The notes beneath the pieces are model-generated. The model saw nothing but the letters and a program-made list of their open reading frames with translations. It had not been told where the DNA came from and made no database searches. A stretch of DNA of 64,000 nt from Acidobacteriota bacterium (lineage in GTDB: Bacteria > Pseudomonadota > Gammaproteobacteria > Burkholderiales > Burkholderiaceae_C): positions 1,151-65,150 of the forward strand of contig JBLNAI010000011.1 of assembly GCA_050259275.1 (NCBI GenBank), written 5' to 3'. The translations under genes and the position numbers were made by a program. Each line of letters starts with the position of its first letter. Position 1 is the stretch's first letter. Shown here in pieces: positions 7,436-16,485 of this stretch.

Positions 7436-9568
7436 TCAGAACGTGTACGTGCCCTGTACGTACAGCGAGCGTCCAGGCATGGGGTAGTCGTAGGGCAGTG
7501 AGATGAAGGGCTGCGCGGGCGTCTGGTCGAACACGGAGGGCTCGCGCACCGTCGCATTGAACGCGTTGCGCACCGAGACGGTGGCGTTCCAGCCCTTGCC
7601 CTCGCGCACCGAGCGCAATGTCAGGTCAACCGTGTTGTAGCCCGGCAGATGGGGGCGTGTGTCGGCATAGGCGCGGGTTTGATCGCTGATCCAGTTGACC
7701 TGCGCATGCAGGGACCAGTTGGGCAGCATGCGCCAATCGGCGCGCGCATAGACCTGATGATGAGGCGCGCTGGCCGCGGTGTGGTTGGTGGCGCCATCCA
7801 TCGTGAATTGATAGCTGTAGTTGCCTGTCAGCCGCAAGGTCTTGCTGACCGCCCAATTCGATTCCAGCTCCAGCCCATCGCCGATCAACTGGCCCGTGTT
7901 CTGGTATTGAAAGCTCACCAGCTGGATGATGTGATCCATCTGGTAGTGAAACACATTGGCCCCCACCTGCCACTGCGGGGCGGGCTGCCAGGACAGGGCC
8001 GCTTCGACGGTGCGCGTCTTTTCCGGTTGCAGTCGGGCATTGCCCTGCCCGACCGGGTTGTTGATGGCGTACAGCTCGGTGAACGAAGGCGGACGGAAGG
8101 CGGTGCCGGCCATCAGCTTGGCCGTGACGTTGTAGCTGGCATCCCAGACCAGCGCCAGGCGTGGATTGGTCGTGTTGCCGAAGTCCGAATAACGATCGTG
8201 GCGGATGCCAGCCGTCAGCGTCCAGTCTTTCGCCACGCTCCACTCATCTTGCGCAAAGACATATCGCAGCTGCCTCGAGTGGGGCTTCAAAAAGGGCAAG
8301 GTGTCGCTGACATCGATCACGTCCGCCCGCGAGCCCGTCCCGATGGGCGAAAAATCCGGATTGAAGTTCTTGGTCTCGCGGATCTTGTAGATCTCGGCCG
8401 ACTCCACACCCCCTCCCAGGCGCACCTGATGGCGCACCCAGCCCGAGTACAGGGCCGTGGCATTGAGGCGATGGTGTCGTTCCCATTGATAGGGGTTGCC
8501 GATCATCCCGTCGGTGAAGGTCGCGCCCCCAAAGTTCATCCCGGGCGGGAACAGCGTCAGGTCGGAGCGTTCGCTGTAGTGCCGCGCACTCAGTTGCGCC
8601 GTCAAGGCCCAATCGGGTGCGATGTTGTCATGCACGTAGTTCAGATCCGAGGTCAGGCTTTGCGTGCGCGAGCGGCCGGTCGGATCCAGCGCCGAGGCCA
8701 CACCGGCACCCGAGCCCACGTTGTCCCGGTCGCGCACGCCAAAGCGCCAGCGCCAGTGGTCCAGGCTCAGATCCAGCGAGCCGTCGATGAAGTCGCGGCC
8801 ATTGTTGACCGTGCCCGGCGCATAAGACGCATGGGTGCCCAGCAAATGGTCGAGTCCGGTTTGAGCGTCTGCACGGATTGTGCTGTTGGCGCCGGCTGTC
8901 GAGCCCATGCGCAGGTAAGCTGCAACCGATACCGGTCCCCATTGGCCGCCGTGCAGCGCCCAGGCGTCATGGGTGTCGAACGAGCCCGTACGCGCCCCCA
9001 CCGTGGTGCCAGCTTGCTCGTCAGCGGTCTTGGTGATGATATTGATCACGCCCGCGGCGGCATCGGCGCCGTACAAGGCAGAGCCGGGGCCGCGGATCAC
9101 TTCGATGCGAGAGACGTTTTCCAGTGGCAGGCCGACCCATCCGTTGCCGCGGTTGCCGGCGTACACGGATGTCACAGGCACCCCGTTGATCAGCATCAGC
9201 ACCTGGGGGTTGACGCCGATGTTGACACCCCGAAAGACATAGCTCGGCGAGTACACCTGCGTGGTGCGGGCCACATGCACGCCGGGAATGGTCTCCATCA
9301 CCTCATCGAGGTCGGTGGCGCCCATGGCCTGGATGTCGGCCGCCGTGATGACGGTGGCAACCGCCGGTGCGCGGGTCACCAGTTGGCGCGACCCGGTGGC
9401 GATGGTGACCATGGGCTGATCGCCGAAGGCTTGGGCCAGTTCATCCTCCTCGCTGCTGGCCGCGCGGGCGTGCGAGGTCAGGGCGGCGGCGCAGACCAGC
9501 GAACAGGCCAGCGATGCCGCTGTGGCGAGGGCATGGGGCCGCATGACAGCGGTGCGGGGAGGGAACAT
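7436..9568 (-). CDS. TonB-dependent outer-membrane receptor
   Basis: Plug motifs IEVIRGPGSALYGADA and AGVINIIT, barrel strands, C-terminal PGRSLYVQGTYTF. Start is uncertain (9544-9634). Confidence 0.93.
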   Translation of the reverse strand: MFPPRTAVMRPHALATAASLACSLVCAAALTSHARAASSEEDELAQAFGDQPMVTIATGSRQLVTRAPAVATVITAADIQAMGATDLDEVMETIPGVHVARTTQVYSPSYVFRGVNIGVNPQVLMLINGVPVTSVYAGNRGNGWVGLPLENVSRIEVIRGPGSALYGADAAAGVINIITKTADEQAGTTVGARTGSFDTHDAWALHGGQWGPVSVAAYLRMGSTAGANSTIRADAQTGLDHLLGTHASYAPGTVNNGRDFIDGSLDLSLDHWRWRFGVRDRDNVGSGAGVASALDPTGRSRTQSLTSDLNYVHDNIAPDWALTAQLSARHYSERSDLTLFPPGMNFGGATFTDGMIGNPYQWERHHRLNATALYSGWVRHQVRLGGGVESAEIYKIRETKNFNPDFSPIGTGSRADVIDVSDTLPFLKPHSRQLRYVFAQDEWSVAKDWTLTAGIRHDRYSDFGNTTNPRLALVWDASYNVTAKLMAGTAFRPPSFTELYAINNPVGQGNARLQPEKTRTVEAALSWQPAPQWQVGANVFHYQMDHIIQLVSFQYQNTGQLIGDGLELESNWAVSKTLRLTGNYSYQFTMDGATNHTAASAPHHQVYARADWRMLPNWSLHAQVNWISDQTRAYADTRPHLPGYNTVDLTLRSVREGKGWNATVSVRNAFNATVREPSVFDQTPAQPFISLPYDYPMPGRSLYVQGTYTF

Positions 9569-9722
9569 GTTGGGCGCCTGCTGATGGAATGGGGTGGCTG
9601 TCTGTCCGATTATCTTTGGCGATATTCTGGTCAATATTACGGGTTGGTCCCGGCTTGTTTACCCGCATCGCGCTGTGGGCGTTGGGTTATCGTTACAGTA
9701 GCCAGGACAGGAATGGTTACCC

Positions 9723-10031
9723 ATGGGCTTTGCAGAGAAAACAGTGGCGGGTTTGATCGCGATCGCATGCATCGTGATGTTGCTTCGCCTGGCCATTGGC
9801 CCCGATCGAACGCGCCGCTTGGATGCGGCGGTGCAGCGCAGGTGGCAGACCGCCAAGCGCCGGGCTGCGCGCATGTACCGGCGTCAGGCCACCAAGAAAG
9901 AGGCGCAAAAGGCCACGCAGGAAATCCTGCAGCGGCTGCGTCAACCCGTGGAGCGTCAAGGCAACGTCATCAGTCCGCGGGCTTTCAAGCGCCCTGACAA
10001 GCAGCCCGAGCGAGACGACGACCCGGCCTGA
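9723..10031 (+). CDS. Hypothetical protein with an N-terminal membrane anchor and a basic tail
   Basis: ORF track; one TM segment followed by an Arg/Lys-rich region. Confidence 0.65.
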   Translation: MGFAEKTVAGLIAIACIVMLLRLAIGPDRTRRLDAAVQRRWQTAKRRAARMYRRQATKKEAQKATQEILQRLRQPVERQGNVISPRAFKRPDKQPERDDDPA

Positions 10032-10037
10032 TCAGGC

Positions 10038-11267
10038 TCAGGCCTGGGCCAGTTTGCGCTCGGCGATGCCTTGGCCGACCAGGGCCGCCGATCCGATGCC
10101 CAGCATGAGCACCAGCGCCGCCCCGGCGAAGATGCCTTGCGGCTGGCCATGGTCCATCAAGGCGCCAAAAACCGGTGCGGCCAGCGCGAAGCCCAGATCC
10201 AGTCCGGAGTACACCGTGCCGTAGACGCGGCCGGTGGCGCCCGGAGGGGCCGCCCGCTTGATCAACATGTCGCGCGAGGGGCCGGCCAGACCCGTGCCAA
10301 AACCCGCCAGCGCGGTGATCGCAGCCGCCACGTAAGCCGGCAGAACCCCCATGGCGGTCACGAGCAAGAGGACGGCCGCCAGCGACATGGCCATCGCAAT
10401 CGTGCGCTCCAGGCGTTCAGCCCGTGCGACCAGAAAGCCGCCAAACACCATGCCGACCGCGCCACAGAGCATGTAGCCGGTGACCACGAAGGCCGCGATG
10501 GACGGGGGCAAGCCATACAGATGCGTCAGGGCGGGGCTGGCAAAGCTCTGGATGGCGCACAAGGCGGCGGTGCTCCAGAAGAAGAACGAGAAACACAGCC
10601 AGACCGAGGGCAGCTTCAAGAAGGCCATCGGGTGCTCGGCTTTCAAGCCGGCATGCGAGGCTTGAAAGCCGTGACCGCCTGGGGCGTGCCGGTCGTCGAG
10701 GGCCTGGCGCTGGCTGATCAGAATGAGCAACACGATCAAACCCATCGCTGCGGAGGCGGCATAAGCCCAGCGCCAATGCCCGGTCGCCGCACTGATGCCG
10801 ATCAGAAAGGGCGGGGCGGCCGCCCAGCCCAGGTTGCCGCTGATGCCGTGGACCGAGAAGGCATGGCCCAGGCGCGACATCGACACCCGCTTGTTGAGGA
10901 TGGTGAAGTCCGCCGGGTGAAAGGGGGCGTTGCCCAGTCCGGCCAAGGCAGAGGCCAGCATCAGGCCGGCATAGCCCTGAGCGTTCAGTGCGGCCAGCGA
11001 GGCGGCAATGAAGCAGCCCAGCGCGGCAAACAGGACCGGGCGCGCGCCGATGCGGTCCACCAGAAAACCAGCCAGAGCCTGGCCCGTGCCTGAGATGACG
11101 AAGAACACGGTCACCAGCAGGCCCAGTTGCGAGTAGTTCAAGCCGAATTCCCGGATGAATACGGGGAACAAGGGCGCCAGCAACATGTGATGGAAATGCG
11201 AGGTGCCATGCGCCAGACCGATCAGGCCGATCGTTTTGACGTCTTGTTGGGGAGCGGGGGTCTGCAT
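10038..11267 (-). CDS. MFS transporter (Fsr-like)
   Basis: About 12 TM segments, motif A GFLVDRIGAR, GLGNAPFHP, GNLGWA. Confidence 0.9.
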   Translation of the reverse strand: MQTPAPQQDVKTIGLIGLAHGTSHFHHMLLAPLFPVFIREFGLNYSQLGLLVTVFFVISGTGQALAGFLVDRIGARPVLFAALGCFIAASLAALNAQGYAGLMLASALAGLGNAPFHPADFTILNKRVSMSRLGHAFSVHGISGNLGWAAAPPFLIGISAATGHWRWAYAASAAMGLIVLLILISQRQALDDRHAPGGHGFQASHAGLKAEHPMAFLKLPSVWLCFSFFFWSTAALCAIQSFASPALTHLYGLPPSIAAFVVTGYMLCGAVGMVFGGFLVARAERLERTIAMAMSLAAVLLLVTAMGVLPAYVAAAITALAGFGTGLAGPSRDMLIKRAAPPGATGRVYGTVYSGLDLGFALAAPVFGALMDHGQPQGIFAGAALVLMLGIGSAALVGQGIAERKLAQA

Positions 11268-11328
11268 GCCGTCACTGTATCGGCAAGCCAAAGTCCGGGT
11301 TTGGGATCAGGTTGTGAGGGCGTGCGTT

Positions 11329-11470
11329 GTACACAGATGGCCCCCGCATTCAAGGGGTGCGCCAGCCGCTTACCGGGATTCGCTCCCTGGAGGCGTCCCC
11401 AAACCGGCACGGGGTCCGCCAACAGGCTGTGTACGCCACCTGGGTAACCCTGAAGGGCTTGTCCGGAATT
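11329..11470 (+). promoter_or_regulatory. Upstream regulatory module of the ricin-lipase gene (copy 1 of a duplicated promoter architecture)
   Basis: GTACACAGA..CCCC-N9-GGGG block, then a 43-bp block at 11428-11470 matching 14302-14344 at 36/43 positions. Confidence 0.65.
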
Positions 11471-11568
11471 GAGAAGTTTGACGCATGTTGGACAGTCGGA
11501 AAGGTGTGGATCAGAGTTCTTTTCTGTTCCTTTCTGTCTCTTCATCATGACTAGCAAAGGGTCAAGCC

Positions 11569-14124
11569 ATGACTTCCATGAGGAAACCGAACAGTCGGAT
11601 AGTGGGTGGGCTGCTTTTGGCGGCGGGGCTGATGGTAGCCGCCATGCCGCAGGCGCACGCCACTTCAGTCGCCGCAGGGCGCTACACGATCCACATCGCG
11701 CACAGCGACAAATGCGTCACCGTGCCCGGCGGCAGCCTGTCGGACAGCATTCAGCTGCAGCAGTCCACTTGCGGCACCGCTGCTTACCAGCAATGGGATG
11801 TGGTCGCCACGGACAGCGGGTATTACAAAGTCATCAACGTCAACAGCGGCAAGGCCATTGATTTGCGCAACGGGTCCGGCTCGGATGGCGCCGCGATACA
11901 GCAGTACACCTGGACCGGAAGCAGCAACCAGCAGTTTCTATTTCAGAGCAATGGCGACGGCTATGTGCTGCGCAGCCGCACTTCGGGCAAATGCGTCGAC
12001 CAACAGAATTCGTCGTCGGCCGATGGCGGTGTGTTGCAGCAAATGGGCTGCAACGGTGGCTTGAACCAGACCTATGTGTTGACGCCCACTTCGTCGGCCA
12101 ACATCACGGTGGCCAGTGGCCGCTACACGGTCACCAACCTGAACAGCAGCAAGTGTCTGGATGTGCCGAATTCGAGCACCTCAGACAGCGTTCAGTTGCA
12201 GCAATACACCTGCAATGGCACGGCCGCTCAGCAGTACGACTTCGTCTATGTGGGCAACAGCCTGTATGAGGTCGTCAACGCCAACAGTGGCAAGTGCGTG
12301 GATGTGCGCGGTGGCAGCACGGCCAATGGCACGGCGGTTCAGCAGTACACCTGCAACCACTCCAGCTCCCAGCGCTTTTACGCCACCGGCGTGGGTGACG
12401 GCACGTTCTGGCTGAAGGCGGCAGTCAATGGGGCCAGCCCGGTCGAGATCGCCGCCGCATCCACTGCGGACAGCGCCAAGGCCCAGATCTGGAGCAACAC
12501 CGGCGGGGCCAACCAGAAGTGGAAGCTCGGCGCGGTGGCTTATGGGGCCAACATCGCCGATGGCACCTACACCATCAAGGTGGTGGACAGCGGCAAGTGC
12601 TTCGATGTGCCCAGCAGCAACGTCAACCCGGGTATCCAGCTGCAAGAGTACGGCTGCAACTCGACCACGGCACAGCAGTTCGTGGTCACGCATCAGGCCG
12701 ACGGGTATTACAAGATCGTCAACGTCAACAGCGGACTGGGCTTGTCGGTGCGCGACTTCTCGGCCACCAGTGGCGCGGCCATCGAGCAGCAAAACCAGTA
12801 CTCGGGCGACAACCAGTTGTTCCGATTCGTGGCCTATGGCTCGGGTTACCTGATCCGTCCGAAGTCGACTTACATGTGCTTCGACGCCAATCGGGGCTCA
12901 TCGTATGGCATGTTGAATCAATACATCTGCAATTACGGCAACAACCAGGTGTTCCAGTTCACCAAGGTGTCGTCGGGCACCACCTATGGCACGGGTGCCG
13001 CACGCAACACGGACACCATCGTGTTGATCCATGGCTTCTCGGGCTGGGGTCGCGGCGAGCTCTTCGGCCTGAAGTACTGGGGCGGCGGCTGGGATGGCAA
13101 GGGTGACTTGCAGGAGTACCTGAAGTCCCAGGGCTATAACGTGGTGACTGTGGCCGTGGGCCCGATCAGCTCGAACTGGGACCGTGCCGTGGAGGCCTAC
13201 TACCAGCTCAAGGGCGGATGCGTGGACTACGGGGCCTCCCACTCGTCCACCTATGGTCACAAGGAAGCGGGCCGTTGCTACAACGCACTGCTGACCAACT
13301 GGGACGATACCCACAAGATCCACATCATTGCCCACAGCCAGGGTGGTCAGACCGCCCGCGTGCTGCTAAAGTTGCTGCGCGATGGCAAGGCCGGTGAGGG
13401 CACCGCCCCGATCTTCCAGGGCGGCAAGAACTGGATCCGCAGCATCACCACGCTGAGCACGCCTCACGATGGCACGACGCTGACGGCATTCGTCAACCCG
13501 CTGGGCATCACCGAGAAGATCGTGACGGCGGCCTATCGTCTGGGCGGTCTGGTCAGTGGCGATAACGCGGTCTATGACCTCAAGCTGGATCAGTGGTCCT
13601 TGACCCGCAATGCGGGCGAGTCCTGGTACGACTACAACCAGCGCGTCACCAACAACGCGACCTGGAAGAACTCGCTGGACAACAGCCTGTACGACCTGAG
13701 CCCGGACGGCGCGCCCTCCATCTATGGCGGCAATGCGGTCTACCCGGATGTGTATTACTTCAGTGTGACAACCAAGTCGACCTACAAGGGCTTCTGGGAC
13801 GGAAAGCAACACGCCTTGCTCAGTACTTTCACGCCCTTCATCCCGCAGTCTGAGTACATGGGGCAGTACACCCGCAACGAAGCCGGTCACGCGGTGATCG
13901 ACAGCAGTTGGTGGGGCAATGACTGCGTGGTCAACTCGCGCAGCATGCAGGGCCCGGCCGGGGCGCCCAAACAGGCCTACAACGGCACGCCCGTGCCCGG
14001 CGTGTGGCAGAACCTGGGCACCTGGGATGGCTGGGATCACCTCGACATCGTGGGCCTGTTCACCCTCAAGGACGCCAGCAGCTTCTTCGTGAACCACGCC
14101 AAGCTGCTCTACTGGCTCAACTGA
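11569..14124 (+). CDS. Secreted lipase with three N-terminal ricin-B (RICIN/CBM13) lectin domains and a Geobacillus/Staphylococcus-type (family I.5/I.6-like) lipase domain
   Basis: Signal peptide ending AHA. Three repeats start G[RT]YT..KC..VP with QxW/QxF motifs. Lipase motifs IVLIHGFSGWGR, IIAHSQGGQT, TTLSTPHDGT, DCVVNSRSM, WDHLDIVG. Confidence 0.88.
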   Translation: MTSMRKPNSRIVGGLLLAAGLMVAAMPQAHATSVAAGRYTIHIAHSDKCVTVPGGSLSDSIQLQQSTCGTAAYQQWDVVATDSGYYKVINVNSGKAIDLRNGSGSDGAAIQQYTWTGSSNQQFLFQSNGDGYVLRSRTSGKCVDQQNSSSADGGVLQQMGCNGGLNQTYVLTPTSSANITVASGRYTVTNLNSSKCLDVPNSSTSDSVQLQQYTCNGTAAQQYDFVYVGNSLYEVVNANSGKCVDVRGGSTANGTAVQQYTCNHSSSQRFYATGVGDGTFWLKAAVNGASPVEIAAASTADSAKAQIWSNTGGANQKWKLGAVAYGANIADGTYTIKVVDSGKCFDVPSSNVNPGIQLQEYGCNSTTAQQFVVTHQADGYYKIVNVNSGLGLSVRDFSATSGAAIEQQNQYSGDNQLFRFVAYGSGYLIRPKSTYMCFDANRGSSYGMLNQYICNYGNNQVFQFTKVSSGTTYGTGAARNTDTIVLIHGFSGWGRGELFGLKYWGGGWDGKGDLQEYLKSQGYNVVTVAVGPISSNWDRAVEAYYQLKGGCVDYGASHSSTYGHKEAGRCYNALLTNWDDTHKIHIIAHSQGGQTARVLLKLLRDGKAGEGTAPIFQGGKNWIRSITTLSTPHDGTTLTAFVNPLGITEKIVTAAYRLGGLVSGDNAVYDLKLDQWSLTRNAGESWYDYNQRVTNNATWKNSLDNSLYDLSPDGAPSIYGGNAVYPDVYYFSVTTKSTYKGFWDGKQHALLSTFTPFIPQSEYMGQYTRNEAGHAVIDSSWWGNDCVVNSRSMQGPAGAPKQAYNGTPVPGVWQNLGTWDGWDHLDIVGLFTLKDASSFFVNHAKLLYWLN

Positions 14125-14147
14125 GTTCGGCCAAGTCGGCCGCAGTC

Positions 14148-14182
14148 AAGGCCCGCAAGCGTTCTGCGCTTGCGGGCTTTTT
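14148..14182 (+). terminator. Intrinsic terminator after the ricin-lipase gene
   Basis: 11-bp stem GCCCGCAAGCG/CGCTTGCGGGC followed by TTTTT. Confidence 0.85.
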
Positions 14183-14203
14183 CGTTGTTGGGTGGTATCC
14201 CGT

Positions 14204-14344
14204 GTACACAGAATGACCCCTTGATTGAGGGGTGGGCTGTCCCAAATGCCTAATCGTTCACGCGAACGGGTGCGTTCCCACGTCTGCGGGGCTTGACAAA
14301 GTGTGTACACCCCCAGGCAAACCCTGAAGGGCTTGACCTGAATT
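14204..14344 (+). promoter_or_regulatory. Upstream regulatory module of lipA (copy 2 of the duplicated promoter architecture)
   Basis: GTACACAGA..CCCC-N8-GGGG, then TGTGTACACCCCCAGGCAAACCCTGAAGGGCTTGACCTGAATT; block spacing 98 bp versus 99 bp in copy 1. Confidence 0.65.
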
Positions 14345-14492
14345 ACAAACATCAAACGTTGCGTCAAAGTGAGAACAACATTGATCTGATTCTTTTTTGT
14401 TCTTTTCCCGGAAGTTTCCATGCGGTTTGCAAAGGTCCTTGCAACGCCTGAGTTCTGTTTGTCCACATTGACGATTAACCTGGAGGTGTTCC

Positions 14493-15428
14493 ATGAGTTT
14501 GATGTCTTCTCTGCGCCAAGTTCTGGCCGGTCTTTTTGTGGTGGCGGCGACGGTCGCGGCGCCGGCTGCCCATGCCGGCACCTACGCGCAAACCAAATAC
14601 CCCATCGTGCTGGTGCACGGCTTCCTGGGGTTCAACAGCGTCCTGGGGATCAACTACTTCTACGGGGTGCCCAGCCAGTTGCGCAATGACGGCGCCCGCG
14701 TCTACATCGCGCAGGTCAACCCCGCGCAGTCCAACGAATACCGTGGCGAACAACTGGTGCAGCAGCTCAAGCAGTGGGCGGCCCGCGATGGCATCACCAA
14801 GTTCAACCTGATCGCCCACAGCCAGGGTGGCCCGACCGCGCGCTACGCCGCCGCGGTGGTGCCCGGCATGGTGGCCAGCGTGGGCACCGTGTCTGCGACC
14901 CACTTTGGTAGCAAGACGGCCGACTTCTGGAACGCCAACATCGGGTCGAGCTGGACCAACTCGGTGGCCACCGGCATCGCCACGATGCTCAACGTGATCT
15001 ACGGTGGCTCGGGCACCTCGGTGGCCGCAACCGACATCAGCAAGGCTTTGAGCTCGCTGTCTACGGCAGGTGCGGTGGCCTTCAATGCCAAGTACCCCCA
15101 AGGTGCGCCCACCAGCAGCTGCGGTCAGGGTCCTGCAACGGCCAACGGCGTGGCTTACTACTCCACAGGTGGCGCTTCGGTGCTGACCAACGTGCTGGAC
15201 ATCTCGGACGCCGTCCTGGCGATCACCGCGGCACCTTTTGGCTTCACTGCCAACGATGGCCTGGTCAGCACATGCTCCTCGCACTGGGGCACCGTGCTCA
15301 AGGACAACTACAGCTGGAACCACCTCGACGAAATCAACCATCTGCTGGGTCTGCGTGGTTTGTTCTCTCCTGATCCCGTGTCGTTCTACAGCGGCCTGGC
15401 CAATCGTTTGAAGAACCAGGGGCTGTGA
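14493..15428 (+). CDS. lipA: Secreted triacylglycerol lipase, Pseudomonas/Burkholderia LipA type (family I.1/I.2)
   Basis: Motifs YAQTKYPIVLVHG, NLIAHSQGGPTARY, NDGLVSTCSSHWG, WNHLDEIN; a foldase gene follows. Confidence 0.92.
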   Translation: MSLMSSLRQVLAGLFVVAATVAAPAAHAGTYAQTKYPIVLVHGFLGFNSVLGINYFYGVPSQLRNDGARVYIAQVNPAQSNEYRGEQLVQQLKQWAARDGITKFNLIAHSQGGPTARYAAAVVPGMVASVGTVSATHFGSKTADFWNANIGSSWTNSVATGIATMLNVIYGGSGTSVAATDISKALSSLSTAGAVAFNAKYPQGAPTSSCGQGPATANGVAYYSTGGASVLTNVLDISDAVLAITAAPFGFTANDGLVSTCSSHWGTVLKDNYSWNHLDEINHLLGLRGLFSPDPVSFYSGLANRLKNQGL

Positions 15429-15526
15429 TGATGAATTGAGGGTCTTCCTTGCCTTTTTGACGGGAAGCACCACCCGGGTCGGCCATGCCGGCCCGGGTTC
15501 GTTTGATGACGCAGGACGGTAACAAG

Positions 15527-16474
15527 ATGAAGCTCTACTCCTCTACACGTTCCGGTTGGATCTGGCTGGCCGGCTTGTCGGTGGTCGTGGCGGGCGGTGC
15601 CTGGCTGGGGCCGCGTCTGCTTCCAGTCGACGGCGAAGGTGTCACCCTGGCCGCTCGGCATGGCTGGAGCCTGCTGGGCGCGGGCAATGAAGTGGAGCCA
15701 ACGCGTTCACCCGTGGCCGGCAGCGCCGGCACACGCACGTTGAGCAGCATCCGTGCCTCGGTGTTTGGCGATGCCTTGTTGTCGCAGACACAAGCGGCTG
15801 GCGACTGGGGCGTGGGTGCCGATGGCAAATTGCACCCCGATCTGGCGCTGCGCAAGCGTTTCGAGTATTACCTGCTGGCCCTGGGTTCTGCGTCGCCCAC
15901 CGAATTGCGTGCGCTGATCGAGGACGAGGCGCGGCGCGCGCATGGCGACAAAGCGGCCGCCGAGATCATGGCGATCTACGACAAATATTGGGCGTTGCGC
16001 AGCCATCAACCTTCGCGACGGCTGGTGCTCAATGAGCGCGAGACCTGGGAGCCCGCCTTCCTCGAACTCAAGGGCTTGCGCCGTCAATACCTGGGGCCGG
16101 TGTGGGCTGATGCGTTTTACAAAGACGAAGAAGCGGAGTTTCTGAATTTCGTGGCGCAGGCCGACGGCAAAGCGGGGCCTGACAAGGCAGACATGAACAT
16201 GCCGGTGCCGCAGATGGGACCGGGCAAGGACGCCCAGGCAGTCCACGCAGAGCGGGTCGCCCTGTACGGTGAGGCCGCCGCTCAGCGGCTGGCTCAGGCC
16301 GATGCCGAGTGGGCTGATTGGGAGCGCCGTCTGGCTGCGGCGCGTGCCGAATACCAGCGGGTCCAGGCCAGCCCGGAGTTGTCTGACGTGCAGCGCCAGC
16401 AGGCCATCGATCAGTACATCCAAAGCCACTTCCCGCCCGACGAGCGCCTCAGAGCGCGGGGCTTGCTCAATTGA
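15527..16474 (+). CDS. Lipase-specific foldase (Lif/LimK chaperone)
   Basis: N-terminal TM anchor, motifs LRKRFEYYL, IYDKYW, LRRQYLGPVWADAFY, AAAQRLAQAD; directly downstream of lipA. Confidence 0.9.
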   Translation: MKLYSSTRSGWIWLAGLSVVVAGGAWLGPRLLPVDGEGVTLAARHGWSLLGAGNEVEPTRSPVAGSAGTRTLSSIRASVFGDALLSQTQAAGDWGVGADGKLHPDLALRKRFEYYLLALGSASPTELRALIEDEARRAHGDKAAAEIMAIYDKYWALRSHQPSRRLVLNERETWEPAFLELKGLRRQYLGPVWADAFYKDEEAEFLNFVAQADGKAGPDKADMNMPVPQMGPGKDAQAVHAERVALYGEAAAQRLAQADAEWADWERRLAAARAEYQRVQASPELSDVQRQQAIDQYIQSHFPPDERLRARGLLN

Positions 16475-16485
16475 GATTTCACGCC

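Noticed and set aside
7649-9997. Long antisense or alternate-frame ORFs in the track (e.g. 7649-9997, 19370-20515, 29463-31007, 48430-49911, 61448-63205)
   Set aside because: They overlap well-supported genes on the opposite strand, have no recognisable motifs, and are expected in high-GC DNA with biased codon use.
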